The notes below the pieces were generated by a model. The model was not told the DNA's origin. It searched no databases and worked only from the letters and a program-made list of their open reading frames with translations. 64,000 bases of DNA from Balanoglossus misakiensis (lineage: Eukaryota; Animalia; Hemichordata): assembly GCA_040954595.2 (NCBI GenBank), contig CM082591.2, positions 6,346,266 to 6,410,265 of the forward strand, in the 5' to 3' direction. Below are positions 53,951 to 64,000 of this stretch, piece by piece (position 1 is the first letter of the stretch; each line of letters begins with the position of its first letter). Made by a program: the position numbers and the translations under genes.

Positions 53951-55596
53951 CTATTTGTATTCAAATTTGTCTTATGTAGGTGATATCAAAGAGTTGGTAA
54001 AAAACCAGAGAATAGGAGTGTTTGGTAAAACTGGACAAGGAAAATCTTCCACTTTAAATTCAATAACATGGGTAAGTCTGTTGTACATTTACACAATGCA
54101 CGACGATTTTTATCGCTTTCACAATTTGACTTGTGGTGTACACTGTAACCATTTGTATTGGCTGGATTGCTAGAATAACTGACGTTCAGGTATTTAGCAG
54201 ATACTTAACTCAGATACTTCATATCTCTGACGCGTGATACCTATCTGCTATTCAGCTATAACTAACTGACAACAGTTCAATCGTTGCTTTAATAAACATA
54301 TAAAAAGTCAAAGTTTGAAAATAAAACGACGTAATGACCAAAACTCTTTCCCGCGTTGCTTGTGACGCATATTATTTCTCTATATCCACAGGCCATCAGT
54401 GGCGAGCATACACCGTATGCTTATACCAGTCCACAAGGTGCTCGGGGTCAAGCTGGAATGAAGGACTATAAAATCACCGTTGGATCTTCCGGAAGAGACG
54501 AGCCTGAGGCTTCTTTCACTTTGATAGATATGCCTGGTGACCTCTGTGAGCTGGAAGGTGGACAGATAAAACAAGAAGTAGAAGATCAGTTGAGTGGCTG
54601 CGATCGAATACATGCGATTTTGCATGTTAGAAAGGTTCCTGGTGGGTCAACAGACTTCAACAGACGGCTGCAAATAGAAGCACGTAATCGAGGTAAATGA
54701 TTATTATTGTATAACTTGTTTGTACTGAAATGGAGTTGCCAAACATTCAAAGTTGGTTGCACCTTTTAGGGAGATGAAAGAAATGTAAAAAAATGTAGTG
54801 TCTCGAATTTTTCGCTGTGTGAACCTGGTATGATCAGTTCCGTTGCCCCGGAATTATTTTATTAGCATCACAAAAATCGAACTATAGGGCTTTAAAAATA
54901 CGAGACACGCTTTGTATGATAGTTACGGCGGTTTGCATTTAAATTTAACGCAGAACATTGAGAAGCTGATTTTAGGAGGTATTTTAAATTGCCTGTGTCA
55001 CGTGATAGTTGTGTAAAATGACCACACTAACGTAAACAAAATTTCCTCCTTATACATGTACCTAAGTTTTCAGAAGATATATACTTTGAGGAGATTTGAG
55101 CTCAATAATTACGAGAGAAATGTTTATTTCAATAAGTGAATTTCTTTTTCTTCATTCTTAAAATTAAAAGACAAGTGTCAAGTATACATGATGTAAGAAT
55201 GATTTTAGTTCCAGAATCCTCGGTTTCAGTTTCTATACGCCAAGAAACGTGACATCTCATTTAATAAACCCTACTAAACCGAAAATGAAAGGTTGAATTT
55301 TGACATTTTGCTTTATTCTTTAATATATGTCATCTCTCTCTCCAGACATTCCAGCGTTTGCGTTTGTAACTCATGCTACCAATGCTAAAAGTGATGAGGC
55401 CCGAAAAGCGAGAGATCGCTTTTCCAATGAGGTTCAAATCGACAAAGGGAATGTGATCACAATTGGAAATCATGACGGCAAACACTTCGATGGTGACCCA
55501 CAACAACGTCAAGATATTCTTAAGTTTGTCACGATGATTTTGAGAAGGTCCCAGCCACGTGTTGTCGAAGATGCAGAAATAGAACTGAACGTTTAA
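50346..55596 (+). CDS. IFI44/IFI44L-like P-loop GTPase with three N-terminal ubiquitin-like repeats, 490 aa, 6 exons
   Basis: Exons 50346-50616, 51066-51326, 53301-53597, 53980-54071, 54392-54692, 55346-55596 total 1473 nt with consistent phases. G1 RIGVFGKTGQGKSSTLNSI, G3 LIDMPG, IFI44-like DRIHAILHV, FVTHA and NVITIGNH. Exon 2 (LKTGKSHVFTCQSDDTILDLIDKIKEDE) resembles the ubiquitin N-terminus. Confidence 0.8.
51360..52618. repeat. Compound microsatellite (TATG)n-(TCTG)n-(TATG)n-(TACG)n-(TATG)n
   Basis: Direct reading, about 1.26 kb, in intron 2 of the GTPase gene. Confidence 0.98.
52826..53078. mobile_element. MITE with imperfect TIRs
   Basis: taggcc...aaaaaatatgtgctgttccgat ... atcggaacagcatattttttgccctta. 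Confidence 0.55.
53889..53948. repeat. (GA)n microsatellite
   Basis: Direct reading of the sequence. Confidence 0.97.
55222..55291. promoter_or_regulatory. Pair of ISRE/IRF-like motifs in the last intron of the IFI44-like gene
   Basis: GGTTTCAGTTTCT (55222-55234) and AAACCGAAAATGAAAG (55276-55291) both match GAAANNGAAA. Confidence 0.4.
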
Positions 55597-56733
55597 ATTG
55601 AAGAAATTCTAGTCGGTATAGTATTATCAATCAATTCCGGCATGAAGTAATATGAATTCTTCAAAAAATCCACCTAGAACGCATTTCAAGCTGCAAAAGC
55701 GAATTTTCAGAGACCCAGTCTATTGAATAATGTTACTATCTACTTTAAAAGGTTGTAAAGTAGGGAAAACACAATCAAATATTCACTAGTCTATCAGAAA
55801 CACTCTGCCTGTGAAATAGGCAGGCCAGAATAGCCAATTATCAATATTAATTTTGTATACGTTTGTTAATGAAAATGGCAACACTAGCTATAGATCCTAA
55901 TTCATTTGATGTGAGAGAGAGAGAGAGAGAGGGGGGGTACATGTTTAGAATAACTATGTCGTTACCTTTACATGCACGTGGATCTAAAGCAAAAAATTAA
56001 AACCTCGTAAGTTGTTGATTTATTGCTTGTTATGTTTGATCTTGTGCTTGGGGGCATCGCGATCGTGTCGACGGCCGAATTTAACTACCCTGCCCGACCG
56101 TCTACGTCGTGTGACAAGGTAGGTCGCTGTCAACAGCAAAACATCTTATCGATTCATGCAGATCGACCATTTCATACTGCAAACAGTTTAATACATAATC
56201 ATCATTTATGCAGTCTTGGAGGTCAGATTATATTACAGGATGTGTTTCAGGAATCTAACTCCAACCCCAACCAAAAGCGAGTTGGTTTATTTTATTAAAT
56301 GTAAAAAAGTCTCAAAAATATTAAGGTAAGACTGATTGTGAAATATTCTTATACCGTGTTTATGGTAAATCCTGAACTGCGGATGTAAGTGTAGAACTTC
56401 ATCGAGATATGGATATCATATGTCCCAGTTCAGTGAAATTACCGCATGCGCAAAGCCAGTGGTAAATATAAACCGTAGCAAGTCAAAAAAGCCACGACAG
56501 GCAGTTTTACAGTGTGTATTTTTTAAAAAAGTGTTTTTCTCCTTTGTGATATTCATGCATACACGTGTCTCTGAAGTCACATATAGCATAGGCCCTAAAA
56601 CAAGCTACAGTGCTGACAGCTATCTTACTTTCGATCAAGGCACAGTAAAAAACAACATATGTACAATTGGATCAAAACCGATATTTTGAAGATATGCCAA
56701 TCTCGAAAATACTGTGTCCAATTTTTTAAAAAC

Positions 56734-63916
<7,183 letters not shown>

Positions 63917-64000
63917 GTTGAGACTACCGGGTGGCTATCGATGCGGTCGTTCGCTGTGGTCGGCGACGAGTCGAGTGGGCTTGTCTTGCAAAGTCTGCTC

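Overview
Intron-rich, AT-rich eukaryotic DNA from an animal. The gene set and repeat types suggest a marine invertebrate, probably a deuterostome (inference). Spliced genes reconstructed by hand, in order: the 3' end of an unknown multi-pass membrane protein gene; RPS16 (-), head-to-head with thymidylate synthase TYMS (+); ILRUN/C6orf106 (+); a choline/ethanolamine kinase (+) preceded by a 26-codon uORF that overlaps its start; a two-domain Ly6/uPAR-like gene whose 5' part lies in a near-identical 2.85 kb tandem repeat; decayed coding relics; an unknown alpha/beta protein gene with a hydrophobic tail (-), head-to-head with a gene encoding three ubiquitin-like repeats fused to an IFI44-like P-loop GTPase (+); and a 15-exon ARSB-type arylsulfatase (-). 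The window also holds many non-autonomous DNA transposons (TTAA Kolobok-like and piggyBac-like MITEs, a long-TIR Mutator-like element, a Helentron-like element), a tRNA-derived SINE and microsatellites. The best candidate for an undescribed system is the Ubl-Ubl-Ubl-IFI44-like GTPase with its divergent partner gene. All exon models and family calls were made by eye, without database searches.
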